Shown here piece by piece: positions 34,457 to 42,921 of a stretch of 47,978 bases of DNA. The stretch spans positions 1 to 47,978 of the forward strand of contig DASSMU010000238.1 in the NCBI GenBank assembly GCA_035701465.1, read 5' to 3'. The stretch's first letter is position 1. Every line of letters begins with the position of its first letter. The notes beneath the pieces are model-generated. The model was not told where the DNA came from. It saw only the letters and a program-made list of their open reading frames with translations, and did not search any database. The stretch comes from Solirubrobacterales bacterium (GTDB taxonomy: Bacteria > Actinomycetota > Thermoleophilia > Solirubrobacterales > 70-9). The translations under genes were made by a program, and so were the position numbers.

Positions 34457-36478
34457 ATGAACCAGCCGCTCTCCCGCCGGCTGACCCCCGTAGTTGTCGC
34501 CTGGCTCGGCGCCCTCGCGGTGCTCCTCGCCGCCTACGCCGCGGTGATCCTCGGCCCGATCGGCGGCTCCTCGGTTCAGGACGCGTTCGGGCGCTGGGCC
34601 TACGACGTCGTCGTGCTCGGCGCCGCGGCGGCGGTGCTCGTCAGAGCCGCATGCCTTCCCGGCGAGCGACTCGCCTGGCTCAGCCTCGGAGTCGGGCTGC
34701 TGCTCTGGGCACTAGGGCAGACCTACTACTCGGTCGCCCTCTACTACGCCAGCCCGGCCCCGTTCCCCTCGCCGTCCGACGCCCTCTTCCTCGCCTTCTA
34801 CCCGGCGACCTTCCTCGCCCTTGTCCTGCTGCTGCGCAGCCGCTCGGCGCGGGTCGACTCGTTCGCCTGGGTCGACGGCCTGATCGGGGCGCTCGCCGTC
34901 GCCGCCGTCACCGCGGCGCTGATCTTCCCGCCGGTGCTGGATGCGCTCGGCGGCGACACCCTGGGCGTCGCGGTCAGCCTCGCCTACCCCTGCGCGGACC
35001 TGGTCCTCCTGGGACTTGTCGCCGGCGCCCTGACCACCTCCCGCTGGCGCGTCCACAGCGCCTGGGGACTGATCGCCGCGGCGCTGATCCTCTTCGGCGC
35101 CGCGGACGTCGTCTACCTCTCCGTCGCCGGGCAGTCGACCGAGGCGCTCAACCTGGCCAGCATCGGCTGGCCCCTGGCCTTCCTCCTGCTCGCCGGCGCT
35201 GCTTGGCTGCCCCACGCCACGGTGGAACCAACGCGGAAGCGCAGCGGACGCTCGATCGTCCTTCCGATCCTGCTCGCCGCCAGCGTGATCTGCCTCCTGG
35301 CCGTGGGCAACCTGACGCCGATCGGCGCCGTCGCTGTCGCGCTCGGCATCGCCTCGCTGCTGGCCGTGCTCGCCCGCCTCGCCGCCACCTTCTTCCTCAA
35401 CATGAGGATGCTCGCCGCGACCGAGCGGGAGGCGGTCACCGATTCCCTCACCGGCCTGCGCAACCGTCGCAGCCTCGTCGCCGACCTGGACCGGGTACTC
35501 GCCCGCCGGGGCGGGACGGCTCACGTCCTGGCCCTCTTCGACCTCGACGGCTTCAAGTCGTACAACGACAGCTTCGGTCACACGGCGGGCGACGAACTGC
35601 TCAAGCGCCTCGGCGCCAGCCTGGCCGCCGCAACGGAGCCCTGGGGCAAGGCCTATCGCCTCGGCGGCGACGAGTTCTGCATCCTCGCCCCGATCGGCGA
35701 GGCAAAAGCAGACGTGATCGTCAAGGCTGCCGAGGGAGCCCTCTCCGACCGCGGCCCCAGCTTCTCGATCAGAGCCTCGTGGGGCAAGGTCGAGTTGCCC
35801 CGAGAAGCCGAGACGGCGGCCGATGCCCTGCGGATCGCCGACCGCCGCATGTACACGCAGAAGGGACAGCGCAGCGACTCCGCCCTGAGTCAGACCCGCG
35901 GCGTGCTGCTCGGCCTGCTGCGCGAGCGCGAACCGGGGCTCGACCGCCATCTCGGCAACGTGGCGAGCCTCGCCGCCCAGATAGGCCGCGCGCTGGCGCT
36001 GGAAGCCGAGGACATCGACGTCCTGATCAGGGCTGCGGAGATGCACGACGTCGGCAAGGTCGCCGTCCCCGACGAGATCCTCCACAAGAGCGGCCCGCTC
36101 ACCGAAGCGGAGCGGGACCTAATGCAGAAGCACACGCTGGTTGGGGAGCGCGTGCTGGCCGCCGCTCCGGCGCTGCTGCAGGTTTCGAAGGTCGTTCGCT
36201 CCAGCCACGAGCACTGGGACGGCAGCGGCTACCCGGACGGCCTCGCCGGGACCGCGATCCCGCTCGGGTCGCGCATCATCCTGATCTGCGACGCGTACAG
36301 CGCGATGACCGGACCGCGGCCATACGGCCCGCAGATGACCCCAGCCGAAGTGATCGAGGAGATTCGGCGCTCGGCGGGGCGGCAGTTCGATCCCGACCTG
36401 GTGGAGCTCTTCGTCGCGAAGGTCGCGCCGGGCGCCGCCGGGGCGCAGGCAGGCGAGGAGACGAGGGTCTCCACGTAG
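34457..36478 (+). CDS. Membrane sensor protein with GGDEF and HD-GYP domains (c-di-GMP turnover)
   Basis: About 9-10 N-terminal TM segments. Contains RLGGDEFCIL, HDVGKVAVP and HHEHWDGSGYPDGL. The ATG at 34457 is in frame within ORF 34214..36478. Confidence 0.85.
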   Translation: MNQPLSRRLTPVVVAWLGALAVLLAAYAAVILGPIGGSSVQDAFGRWAYDVVVLGAAAAVLVRAACLPGERLAWLSLGVGLLLWALGQTYYSVALYYASPAPFPSPSDALFLAFYPATFLALVLLLRSRSARVDSFAWVDGLIGALAVAAVTAALIFPPVLDALGGDTLGVAVSLAYPCADLVLLGLVAGALTTSRWRVHSAWGLIAAALILFGAADVVYLSVAGQSTEALNLASIGWPLAFLLLAGAAWLPHATVEPTRKRSGRSIVLPILLAASVICLLAVGNLTPIGAVAVALGIASLLAVLARLAATFFLNMRMLAATEREAVTDSLTGLRNRRSLVADLDRVLARRGGTAHVLALFDLDGFKSYNDSFGHTAGDELLKRLGASLAAATEPWGKAYRLGGDEFCILAPIGEAKADVIVKAAEGALSDRGPSFSIRASWGKVELPREAETAADALRIADRRMYTQKGQRSDSALSQTRGVLLGLLREREPGLDRHLGNVASLAAQIGRALALEAEDIDVLIRAAEMHDVGKVAVPDEILHKSGPLTEAERDLMQKHTLVGERVLAAAPALLQVSKVVRSSHEHWDGSGYPDGLAGTAIPLGSRIILICDAYSAMTGPRPYGPQMTPAEVIEEIRRSAGRQFDPDLVELFVAKVAPGAAGAQAGEETRVST

Positions 36479-36531
36479 CCGTCCGGGTTCTTCGCCCAAC
36501 CGGGCCGGCATCTGTGCAAGGGTGAGGCCCG

Positions 36532-37020
36532 ATGGAGGGGGCCGAGAACACCGGAATCGGGGAGGCGATCACCGAAGAGGGCATCGTCGCCCTGCGCGAG
36601 GAAATCGAGCAGCTCGAAGGCCCGACCCGGACCAAGATGGCGGCGCGGATCAAGGTCGCGCGCGAGGAAGGCGACCTTAAGGAGAACGCCGAGTACCACA
36701 TCGCCAAGGAAGACCAGGCGCACCTCGAGACCAAGATCAAGCGCCTGCGCGAGCGCCTGCGCACCGCCGTCGTGGTCGAGGTCGACGGCAATGCCGACGC
36801 CTTCGCCTTCGGCCGTACCGCCGAGGTGCTGGACGAAGCCAAAGGCGAGGTCAACACCTGGACCCTGGTCGGCTCGACCGAGGCCAACCTCGCCGAGGGC
36901 CGCCTATCCGCCGAGTCCCCAATCGGCCGAGCCCTGCGCGACGCCAAGGTGGGCAAGCCGATCGAGATCGAAACTCCAAAAGGCTCCCGCACCTTCGTAG
37001 TCCAGAAGCTCCTCGGCTGA
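36532..37020 (+). CDS. greA: Transcription elongation factor GreA
   Basis: REEGDLKENAEYHIAKEDQAHLETKIKRL and C-terminal SAESPIGRAL. Confidence 0.9.
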   Translation: MEGAENTGIGEAITEEGIVALREEIEQLEGPTRTKMAARIKVAREEGDLKENAEYHIAKEDQAHLETKIKRLRERLRTAVVVEVDGNADAFAFGRTAEVLDEAKGEVNTWTLVGSTEANLAEGRLSAESPIGRALRDAKVGKPIEIETPKGSRTFVVQKLLG

Positions 37021-37034
37021 GCCGGCCGGCTCAG
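37017..37034. terminator. 18-nt perfect palindrome spanning both convergent stop codons
   Basis: CTGAGCCGGCCGGCTCAG contains the greA TGA and the minus-strand TGA of 37031..37303. Confidence 0.35.
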
Positions 37035-37303
37035 AGAACGATTTCCCGGTCGGGAGACGAGAGGGCCGCACCTGCGGCCGCAATCAGCGCATCCGCGTCC
37101 AGGTCATACTTCCTCGCGGCGTCTCGTAGGGACCTGGCGGTGTCCCCATTGGTACCTATCACGTCGATTCGCACCGGCCTGCCGTCGAGGATGCCGACGA
37201 CCAACCAGTCATCGACCTCGTCATCGCCGTAGTCGACCCCCTCCACCCGATCGATGAGATCGATCTGGATCGTGTCGCCCTTGCTGTCGTAATCGGCTCT
37301 CAT
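37031..37303 (-). CDS. DUF2283-like small protein (putative antitoxin partner)
   Basis: The MRADYDSKGDTIQIDL N-terminus resembles DUF2283 (xYDxExDxLxIxL). The ATG overlaps the upstream TGA (ATGA). Confidence 0.55.
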   Translation of the reverse strand: MRADYDSKGDTIQIDLIDRVEGVDYGDDEVDDWLVVGILDGRPVRIDVIGTNGDTARSLRDAARKYDLDADALIAAAGAALSSPDREIVL

Positions 37304-37512
37304 CTTCGCCTCCGATGAATTGTGACGATCGGCTCGGGGTCGTCAAGCGCGACGACGACTCGCACCCGCTCTCCCCGGATGCGCCCGATGTATGTCCACT
37401 TCCCGTTTCGGCCGAGCTCGATGCGCTCCGGCGCGGCCACGAGCCTTTCGGCATCGGCAATCGTCGCTCCGATCTCCCGCGCCCGGTTCTTCGCGTGTCG
37501 GGTGAAGCGCAC
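37300..37512 (-). CDS. DUF4258-like small protein (putative toxin partner)
   Basis: The MRFTRHAKNRAREIG N-terminus resembles DUF4258 (xFTxHAxxRxxERGI). Confidence 0.5.
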   Translation of the reverse strand: MRFTRHAKNRAREIGATIADAERLVAAPERIELGRNGKWTYIGRIRGERVRVVVALDDPEPIVTIHRRRR

Positions 37513-37649
37513 ACGTGTCTAAGCCCCGGGCGCGCGAATCTCTCCCCTGAGAATCTCACGTCGGGAGCGGCTGATCGAGGCTTGACTCACGGCCCGGGCG
37601 GGTGTAAACCGAGACGAGGCCGCAACCCGAATCCGATTGGAGAGTCGAT

Positions 37650-37874
37650 ATGAGCAGAGTCATGGCCGACTGTCGCCGCTTCGAGAGCGAAAGCAACTGC
37701 ACCCTGACGATCATCGGCGAGGAGGACGAGGTGGTCAACGCCGCCGCGGAGCACGCTGCTTCCGTCCACGGGCATGAGGACACACCGGAGCTGCGCGAGC
37801 AACTCCGAGGCATGCTCGAGCCCGAGACCGCCTACGCCCCCGGCGAGCGCCAGGCCGAAGCCTTCCCAGGCTGA
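37650..37874 (+). CDS. DUF1059-like small protein
   Basis: CRRFESESNCTLTIIGEEDEVVNAAAEHAASVHGHEDT matches my memory of DUF1059. It is followed by an imperfect hairpin at 37888-37929. Confidence 0.6.
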   Translation: MSRVMADCRRFESESNCTLTIIGEEDEVVNAAAEHAASVHGHEDTPELREQLRGMLEPETAYAPGERQAEAFPG

Positions 37875-37965
37875 AAGCCTCACCTTCGTTGAAGGGTTTT
37901 CCGGCCTATAGCGCCGAAAATCCTTCAACGAGCGCTTGTCGGGTTGTAATGCTACGCTGTCGCAC

Positions 37966-38208
37966 ATGGAGATCGGCGTACGTGATCTGCGCAACCGCAC
38001 GGCCAGCGTCATCGACGCGGTCAAGGCCGGTGAGCGAGTTGTGCTGACGGTCAACGGTGACCCACTGGCGGACATCGTCCCCCACGGCCAGCGCACCCGC
38101 TGGCTCGGGGGCGCCCAACTACGCGAGCAACTCCGCGACCGTGCTGCCGATCCGGCACTGCGACAAGAGCTCGACGACCTCGCCGGCCAGACCCTCGACG
38201 AGCTTTGA
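37966..38208 (+). CDS. vapB: Phd/YefM-type antitoxin
   Basis: MEIGVRDLRNRTASVIDAVKAGERVVLTVNGDPLADIVP. The stop overlaps the PIN gene start. Confidence 0.75.
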   Translation: MEIGVRDLRNRTASVIDAVKAGERVVLTVNGDPLADIVPHGQRTRWLGGAQLREQLRDRAADPALRQELDDLAGQTLDEL

Positions 38209-38612
38209 CCGAGCAAACCGCCGGCCTGCTCGACACCTCGGTTTTCATCGCCCGAGAGACCGGTCGGCCCCTCGGCGAATTGCCAGATCGGGTCGCCGTC
38301 TCGGTAGTCACCATCGGCGAGCTTCAACTCGGCGTCCTGAACGCGGCCGACGACGCCACCCGCGCACGTCGCGCCGACACTCTCGCCCTGGCCAGGTCAG
38401 CCGATCCGATCCCGATCAGCGAGGCGGTGATGACCAGCTGGGCCCGCCTGGTCGCAGACTGCAAGACAGCCGGCATCCACCGCGCCATCAAGCTCACCGA
38501 CACCCTTATCGCTGCCACTGCCGTAGAGCATGGCCTCCCAGTCATTACTCAAGACGAAGACTTCGCCACGATTGCCAGTGCACATACGGCGCTCGCGGCG
38601 CTAAGAGTCTAG
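38205..38612 (+). CDS. vapC: PIN-domain ribonuclease toxin
   Basis: The TTG start overlaps the antitoxin TGA. GLLDTSVFIARE N-terminus and C-terminal VITQDEDF. Confidence 0.85.
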   Translation: MTEQTAGLLDTSVFIARETGRPLGELPDRVAVSVVTIGELQLGVLNAADDATRARRADTLALARSADPIPISEAVMTSWARLVADCKTAGIHRAIKLTDTLIAATAVEHGLPVITQDEDFATIASAHTALAALRV

Positions 38613-38662
38613 ATGGGCTCCGAAAACGACACTCGGATCCAAAAAACGATTGCGTCTTCGTC

Positions 38663-39700
38663 CTAAATATCGTTTTGTAGTTTAAAACCAAGCGTTGTTG
38701 CGAGCTCAGAGTCAAAGAGCAACTCTGGAAACTGTTTTGTAAGAACTTCCTGATTCTCTACCCAGATCAAGCAAATACAGACAACGGTATGGGAGAGTTG
38801 TTGCGTGGTGGTACCGATTGCGCCTGCATGTTTTTTGAGCAGCCGTTGAACCTCTCGCCCCTTCAAAGCCTTCTCGAGCTGACCGCGGGTTCGAATACCG
38901 ACCATGCCGAGGGCGTCTCGCAGAAGCTTCTCAATATGACTCGCCGTACCTCCAATAGGTGAAACGGTTCCACGAAAAGCCGCACCTTCTGGCAGCAAGG
39001 ATTCCAGGCAACCGACGAGCCGGGCCGCATCAAAGCTGACATCGTGGTCCTTGTCCGCCTCATATGTAGATCGATAGTGATCGATCAGGTTCTGCCCACT
39101 TTCCCTGATCCCCAAGAAGGCATAGTCAAGGGTCTCGAGACTGCCCGCCACCGCTGCCAACCGCCGACCCAGCTCGGGCGGGAAATCCACACCCGACTTA
39201 TACTGAACCTCATGCTCGATAGTTGCCCAGGCATCCTGCAGAAGACTCCTAATCTGAATTTCGAACCACTGCGACCCTAGGTGCTTTCTCACCGCAGCCT
39301 CATGCTCGGGTAGGTGGACAACCAAGTGCACAGACCGATAACCGAAAACGTCAGCGCCAAGCAAATCCAGCCGGTCGTAGGACTCGTCGTCGTCCACAGT
39401 CAGAAGTGGACGCAGATGCTCGGCCGCACTCTCTACTCGGTCTGGATAGTTGGTTACCACCCGGACCCCAATTAGATCCTTGATTTCAACGGCCGGATCT
39501 GTGTACTCCTTCTGCCTCAGCTTGTCGAGCAGAGAGTACGGATCCTTGGCACGCGCCGTGACCGCCTGGATGCCCGCACCAGTCCCCTCAAGAGCAAGCG
39601 ATACGACCGCGCGAGCTTCAGCTGCCGCGCCCTCGTAGGAGGAAAACTGCGCCTGATAATCCTCAAAGAACTGAAGAGTCGTCTGTGGTAGGAGCGACAC
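38663..39700 (-). CDS. RelA/SpoT-domain nucleotide pyrophosphokinase (small-alarmone-synthetase-like) with an unassigned C-terminal region of about 170 aa
   Basis: Synthetase motifs ARAKDPYSLLDKL, IKDLIGVRVV, FGYRSVHLVV and EIQIRSLLQDAWATIEHEVQYK. No HD hydrolase, TGS or ACT region. GTG start 10 nt after the upstream stop. Counted lines of the islet (both within the adjacent DUF262 gene) gave about 48-57% G+C. Confidence 0.8.
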   Translation of the reverse strand: MSLLPQTTLQFFEDYQAQFSSYEGAAAEARAVVSLALEGTGAGIQAVTARAKDPYSLLDKLRQKEYTDPAVEIKDLIGVRVVTNYPDRVESAAEHLRPLLTVDDDESYDRLDLLGADVFGYRSVHLVVHLPEHEAAVRKHLGSQWFEIQIRSLLQDAWATIEHEVQYKSGVDFPPELGRRLAAVAGSLETLDYAFLGIRESGQNLIDHYRSTYEADKDHDVSFDAARLVGCLESLLPEGAAFRGTVSPIGGTASHIEKLLRDALGMVGIRTRGQLEKALKGREVQRLLKKHAGAIGTTTQQLSHTVVCICLIWVENQEVLTKQFPELLFDSELATTLGFKLQNDI

Positions 39701-39710
39701 CTTATGCGCA

Positions 39711-40718
39711 TTAATCGGAATCGACCACGTGGACGAGTGTGTTGATTCGCGTCAGGCGTGGCCGTATGTTGTCAGTTTGCCTACTCGCCGCCAGTAGATA
39801 GCGACTCGCCATCCGGGGCGGACGCTTTCGGTTAAGCAGTCGTTCGAATTCCTGAAGTTTCTTCCCAGCAACGTCCCAATCAACTGAAAGCACACCTGTA
39901 GAAGATGCCAGACGGTCCAACGCACCGATCAGCGCATAGAGGTCGACTGGTTTGCGAAAACGACTTTCACTAAAGTCGGGGAGAGCTTCCTGAATCCAGT
40001 TCAGATACCTCTTCAAACGCTGTTCCGCTTTGCGCCCGCCTGGAAACCTCAGCTGATAGAGACCGTAGTACAAATCGAGGGCGGCCTTCTTGTCTTGAGG
40101 TCCCTCAATTAGAAGAATCGCTAGCTCTCCGGAGAACTCTACCGCGCGCATTCGTTTAAGCTGGGTAGGGGTAAAGATCCGGGCCTCCTGCCATATGTCC
40201 CACCGCCCCAGACGCTCGACGAAGTCGTAGAACGCGCCTTCCTCCCGGGCATGGCGCAGCTCCTGTGGTGAGAGGCGTACTACGTATTTATTCATCCGAA
40301 CGAAAAGGTCCCGTACATCACTGTCCGAATATCCAGACAGCTCCTCGACTACGAAGTCATAACTCAATATTCGGCTACGGAGTCGTTCGGGGAGCTGCGA
40401 GAATTTCTGCCCTTTCAGGGAACTATTGGTGGTTTGAGTTAGTCCAAACCGATTGTCGATAAATTCGAACACGGCGGTCAAGCGTTGCTGCCCGTCGATG
40501 ACCTTGTACGAGGGCCGTCCGGTCTGCGCAGACGTGTACCGCTGGAGAAAGAGTTGGGGTATAGGCCTATTCTCAACGATTGTGTCGAGCAAGTACGCCT
40601 TTGCCGCACGGGGCCAAACGCTATTGCGCTGAAACTCCGCTGCTAGCTCGAGTTGGCCATCGTCATAAAGCTGTCGCAGGAGGGCGACATCCTTGGTGGT
40701 CGTACGCCGATCAGGCAT
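39711..40718 (-). CDS. DUF262 (ParB/Srx-fold, GmrSD N-terminal-like) protein without a DUF1524/HNH nuclease half
   Basis: FQRNSVW and VIDGQQRLTAVFEF motifs. It is 335 aa, with no HNH-like motif visible in the C-terminal half. Confidence 0.8.
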   Translation of the reverse strand: MPDRRTTTKDVALLRQLYDDGQLELAAEFQRNSVWPRAAKAYLLDTIVENRPIPQLFLQRYTSAQTGRPSYKVIDGQQRLTAVFEFIDNRFGLTQTTNSSLKGQKFSQLPERLRSRILSYDFVVEELSGYSDSDVRDLFVRMNKYVVRLSPQELRHAREEGAFYDFVERLGRWDIWQEARIFTPTQLKRMRAVEFSGELAILLIEGPQDKKAALDLYYGLYQLRFPGGRKAEQRLKRYLNWIQEALPDFSESRFRKPVDLYALIGALDRLASSTGVLSVDWDVAGKKLQEFERLLNRKRPPRMASRYLLAASRQTDNIRPRLTRINTLVHVVDSD

Positions 40719-40767
40719 GCGGAAACCTTAATCGTTCCCAAGGACGACTCCAAGTGTTTGAAACCCG

Positions 40768-41778
40768 CTACGACCCAGGAGTCGGGGCGATCTCGGCGGG
40801 CTCGCCGCCTGGGGCCCAGTGAGCCTCGGGCGAGGGCGGAGTGTCGCGTAGGTACCACTCGGCGTCGAGGGCGCCCATGCAGCCGGTGCCGGCGGCGGTG
40901 ACCGCCTGGCGGTAGGTGTGGTCGACGACGTCGCCGACGGCGAAGACGCCGGCCAGGTTGGTCTTGGTCGAGCCGGGCTGGGTGAGGATGTAGCCCTCGG
41001 CGTCGGTGTCGACCTGGCCCTCTACGACCTCCGAGCGGGGGATGTGGCCGATCGCGACGAAGGCGCCGTCGGTGTCGAAGTCCTCGGTCTCGTTCGTCTC
41101 GACGTTGCGCAGGCGCACGTGGTCGAGCCGGCCCTTGTCGCTGGCGACGAACTCCTCGGCGACGTAGGGGGTCTTGAACTCGATGTTGCCCTGCTCGCGC
41201 GCCCGCTCCTGCATGATCTTGGAGGCGCGGAACTCGGCGCGGCGGTTGACCACGGTCAGCTCGCTGGCGTACTTGGAGATGAAGATCGAGTCCTCCATCG
41301 CCGAGTCGCCGCCGCCGATCACGATCACCTTCTGGTCTTTGAAGAAGGCGCCGTCGCAGACGCCGCAGGTCGAGACGCCGCAGCCGCTCAGCTCGATCTC
41401 GCCGGGGATGCCGAGTCGGCGCGGCTCCGCCCCCATCGCCAGGATCACGGTCTTGGCCAGGTGCTCCTCGTCGCCGAGGTAGACCTTCTGCACGCCGCCG
41501 TCGGAGAGCTCAACCCGGTCGACGTCGTCGGTGACGAAGCGCGTGCCGAAGCGCTCTGCCTGGGCCCGGAACTGGGTCATCATCTCCGGTCCCATGATCC
41601 CCTCGGGGTAGCCGGGGTAGTTCTCGACGTCGGTGGTGTTCTGCAGCTGCCCGCCCCACTGGAAGCCCTCGAAGACGAGCGGCTCGAGGTTGGCGCGCGC
41701 GGTGTAGAGCGCGGCGGTGTAGCCGGCGGGGCCGCCGCCGACGATGATCGTGTTCTCGACTTTCCTGGCCTCTGTCAT
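40768..41778 (-). CDS. trxB: Thioredoxin-disulfide reductase
   Basis: IVGGGPAGYTAALY, redox CGVCDG, GGGDSAMEDS and FAVGDV. The ATG overlaps the upstream TGA (ATGA). Confidence 0.9.
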   Translation of the reverse strand: MTEARKVENTIIVGGGPAGYTAALYTARANLEPLVFEGFQWGGQLQNTTDVENYPGYPEGIMGPEMMTQFRAQAERFGTRFVTDDVDRVELSDGGVQKVYLGDEEHLAKTVILAMGAEPRRLGIPGEIELSGCGVSTCGVCDGAFFKDQKVIVIGGGDSAMEDSIFISKYASELTVVNRRAEFRASKIMQERAREQGNIEFKTPYVAEEFVASDKGRLDHVRLRNVETNETEDFDTDGAFVAIGHIPRSEVVEGQVDTDAEGYILTQPGSTKTNLAGVFAVGDVVDHTYRQAVTAAGTGCMGALDAEWYLRDTPPSPEAHWAPGGEPAEIAPTPGS

Positions 41779-42911
41779 GTCCGTCCTGAGTCTAGTGGCG
41801 TTGCCAATACTTCACTTTGTATAGTAGCGCCGCGGTCAATCGGCAATCCCTCCGTTTCCCACGTCTGGACCCTGGTGCGGAGCTGGAAGAAAGCCGCGAC
41901 TCCGAAGGGGATCGGCATCCAGAAGGCGATCAGGCGGTAGATCAGGATCGCCGGGAAGACCGTGTCCTCGGGGATGCCGAAGAGGACGAAGGCGCCGATC
42001 ATCCCCGCGTCAACCGCCCCGACCCCGGCCGGGGCGAAGGGGATCAGGTTGGCGACCATGCCGAGGAAAAAACCCTGGACGACCACGGCTAGGGGGACGT
42101 GGACGCCGAGGGCGTGAAAGCAGGCCCAGAGGATGCCGATATTCGCCGCCCAGAAGCCGGCGGCGCCGAGGACCGCGAGCCCACCCTCCCGGGGGTGCGT
42201 GAAGAGGCTGATCGCGAAGCGAAACCCCTCGGCGAAGACCGCGGGGACTTTGGCGATGTTCCTGGCGATCGCCTGGCCACGCTCGCCGTGGACGAAGCGC
42301 GCGACCTTCGGGCCGAGGTCAGGCGGGATCAGCGCAAACAGCAGCCCGAGAACCAGCAGCACGCCGGCAATACCGGCCGGCACGATCGTCAACTCCACCG
42401 ATGCCTTGCCGTGCAGCACGCCGGTCCGCAACAGGACACCGAAGAGGATCAGCGCCAGCGGGTAGAAGGCGTAGTGCAGGGTGAGGAAGGCGACCATCCG
42501 GCGGGCGACGTCGTGGCGGCGCATGCCGGCCTTGCGCAGGGCCCAGAAGGTGAGCACGATGCCGCCGGCGCCTCCGGCCGAGAAGAGCAGCGTCGCCGCC
42601 AGGCCGGCCATGTTGATCTCGTAGGTCTCGACCCAGCTGAGGCGCAGCGCATTGCCGCCGACGACGGCCTTGAAGAGGGCGATGTAGGTGGCGAAGGCAA
42701 CGAGGTTGAAGCCCACCGCGACCGCGATCCAGATCGGGTCGGCTTCGTCGAGCTTGCCCAGCGCGTTACCCAGCCCGACCAGCTTCGGGAAGAGGAAGTA
42801 GATCCCGACCAACAGGGCAACGACGAGGGCGCCCGTCTGGATCAGCCGCCGGCGAGTGAAGATCGGCAGCTCGGCGGCTTCGCCGCCTTTCGCCGGATCC
42901 TCGGGAGACAC
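41775..42911 (-). CDS. Polytopic membrane protein, lysyl-phosphatidylglycerol-synthase TM-region-like (UPF0104)
   Basis: About 8 TM segments. The N-terminal pattern RRRLIQTGALVVALLVGIYFLFPKL resembles PF03706-type proteins. Assignment is from memory only. Confidence 0.55.
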   Translation of the reverse strand: MSPEDPAKGGEAAELPIFTRRRLIQTGALVVALLVGIYFLFPKLVGLGNALGKLDEADPIWIAVAVGFNLVAFATYIALFKAVVGGNALRLSWVETYEINMAGLAATLLFSAGGAGGIVLTFWALRKAGMRRHDVARRMVAFLTLHYAFYPLALILFGVLLRTGVLHGKASVELTIVPAGIAGVLLVLGLLFALIPPDLGPKVARFVHGERGQAIARNIAKVPAVFAEGFRFAISLFTHPREGGLAVLGAAGFWAANIGILWACFHALGVHVPLAVVVQGFFLGMVANLIPFAPAGVGAVDAGMIGAFVLFGIPEDTVFPAILIYRLIAFWMPIPFGVAAFFQLRTRVQTWETEGLPIDRGATIQSEVLATPLDSGRT

Positions 42912-42921
42912 TCCAGGGAAA

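Noticed and set aside
34108-36525. 805-aa ORF in an alternative frame across the GGDEF/HD-GYP gene. Similar R-rich ORFs occur at 33161..34057, 21172..21987 and 23282..24394 (upstream part).
   Set aside because: These are shadow ORFs with no recognisable motifs and extreme Arg/Pro content. The competing frames carry unambiguous domain signatures.
38617-38662. AAAACGAT...ATCGTTTT inverted repeat between vapC and the RSH gene, considered as an islet boundary or att site
   Set aside because: It is only an 8-bp AT-rich stem with an 18-nt loop, and no matching copy occurs at the other islet boundary (40719-40767). It is most simply a weak terminator.
41350-41380. trxB redox motif reads CGVC rather than the more familiar CATC
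   Set aside because: The CxxC spacing and the surrounding motifs are intact. I treated this as normal family variation, not a finding.
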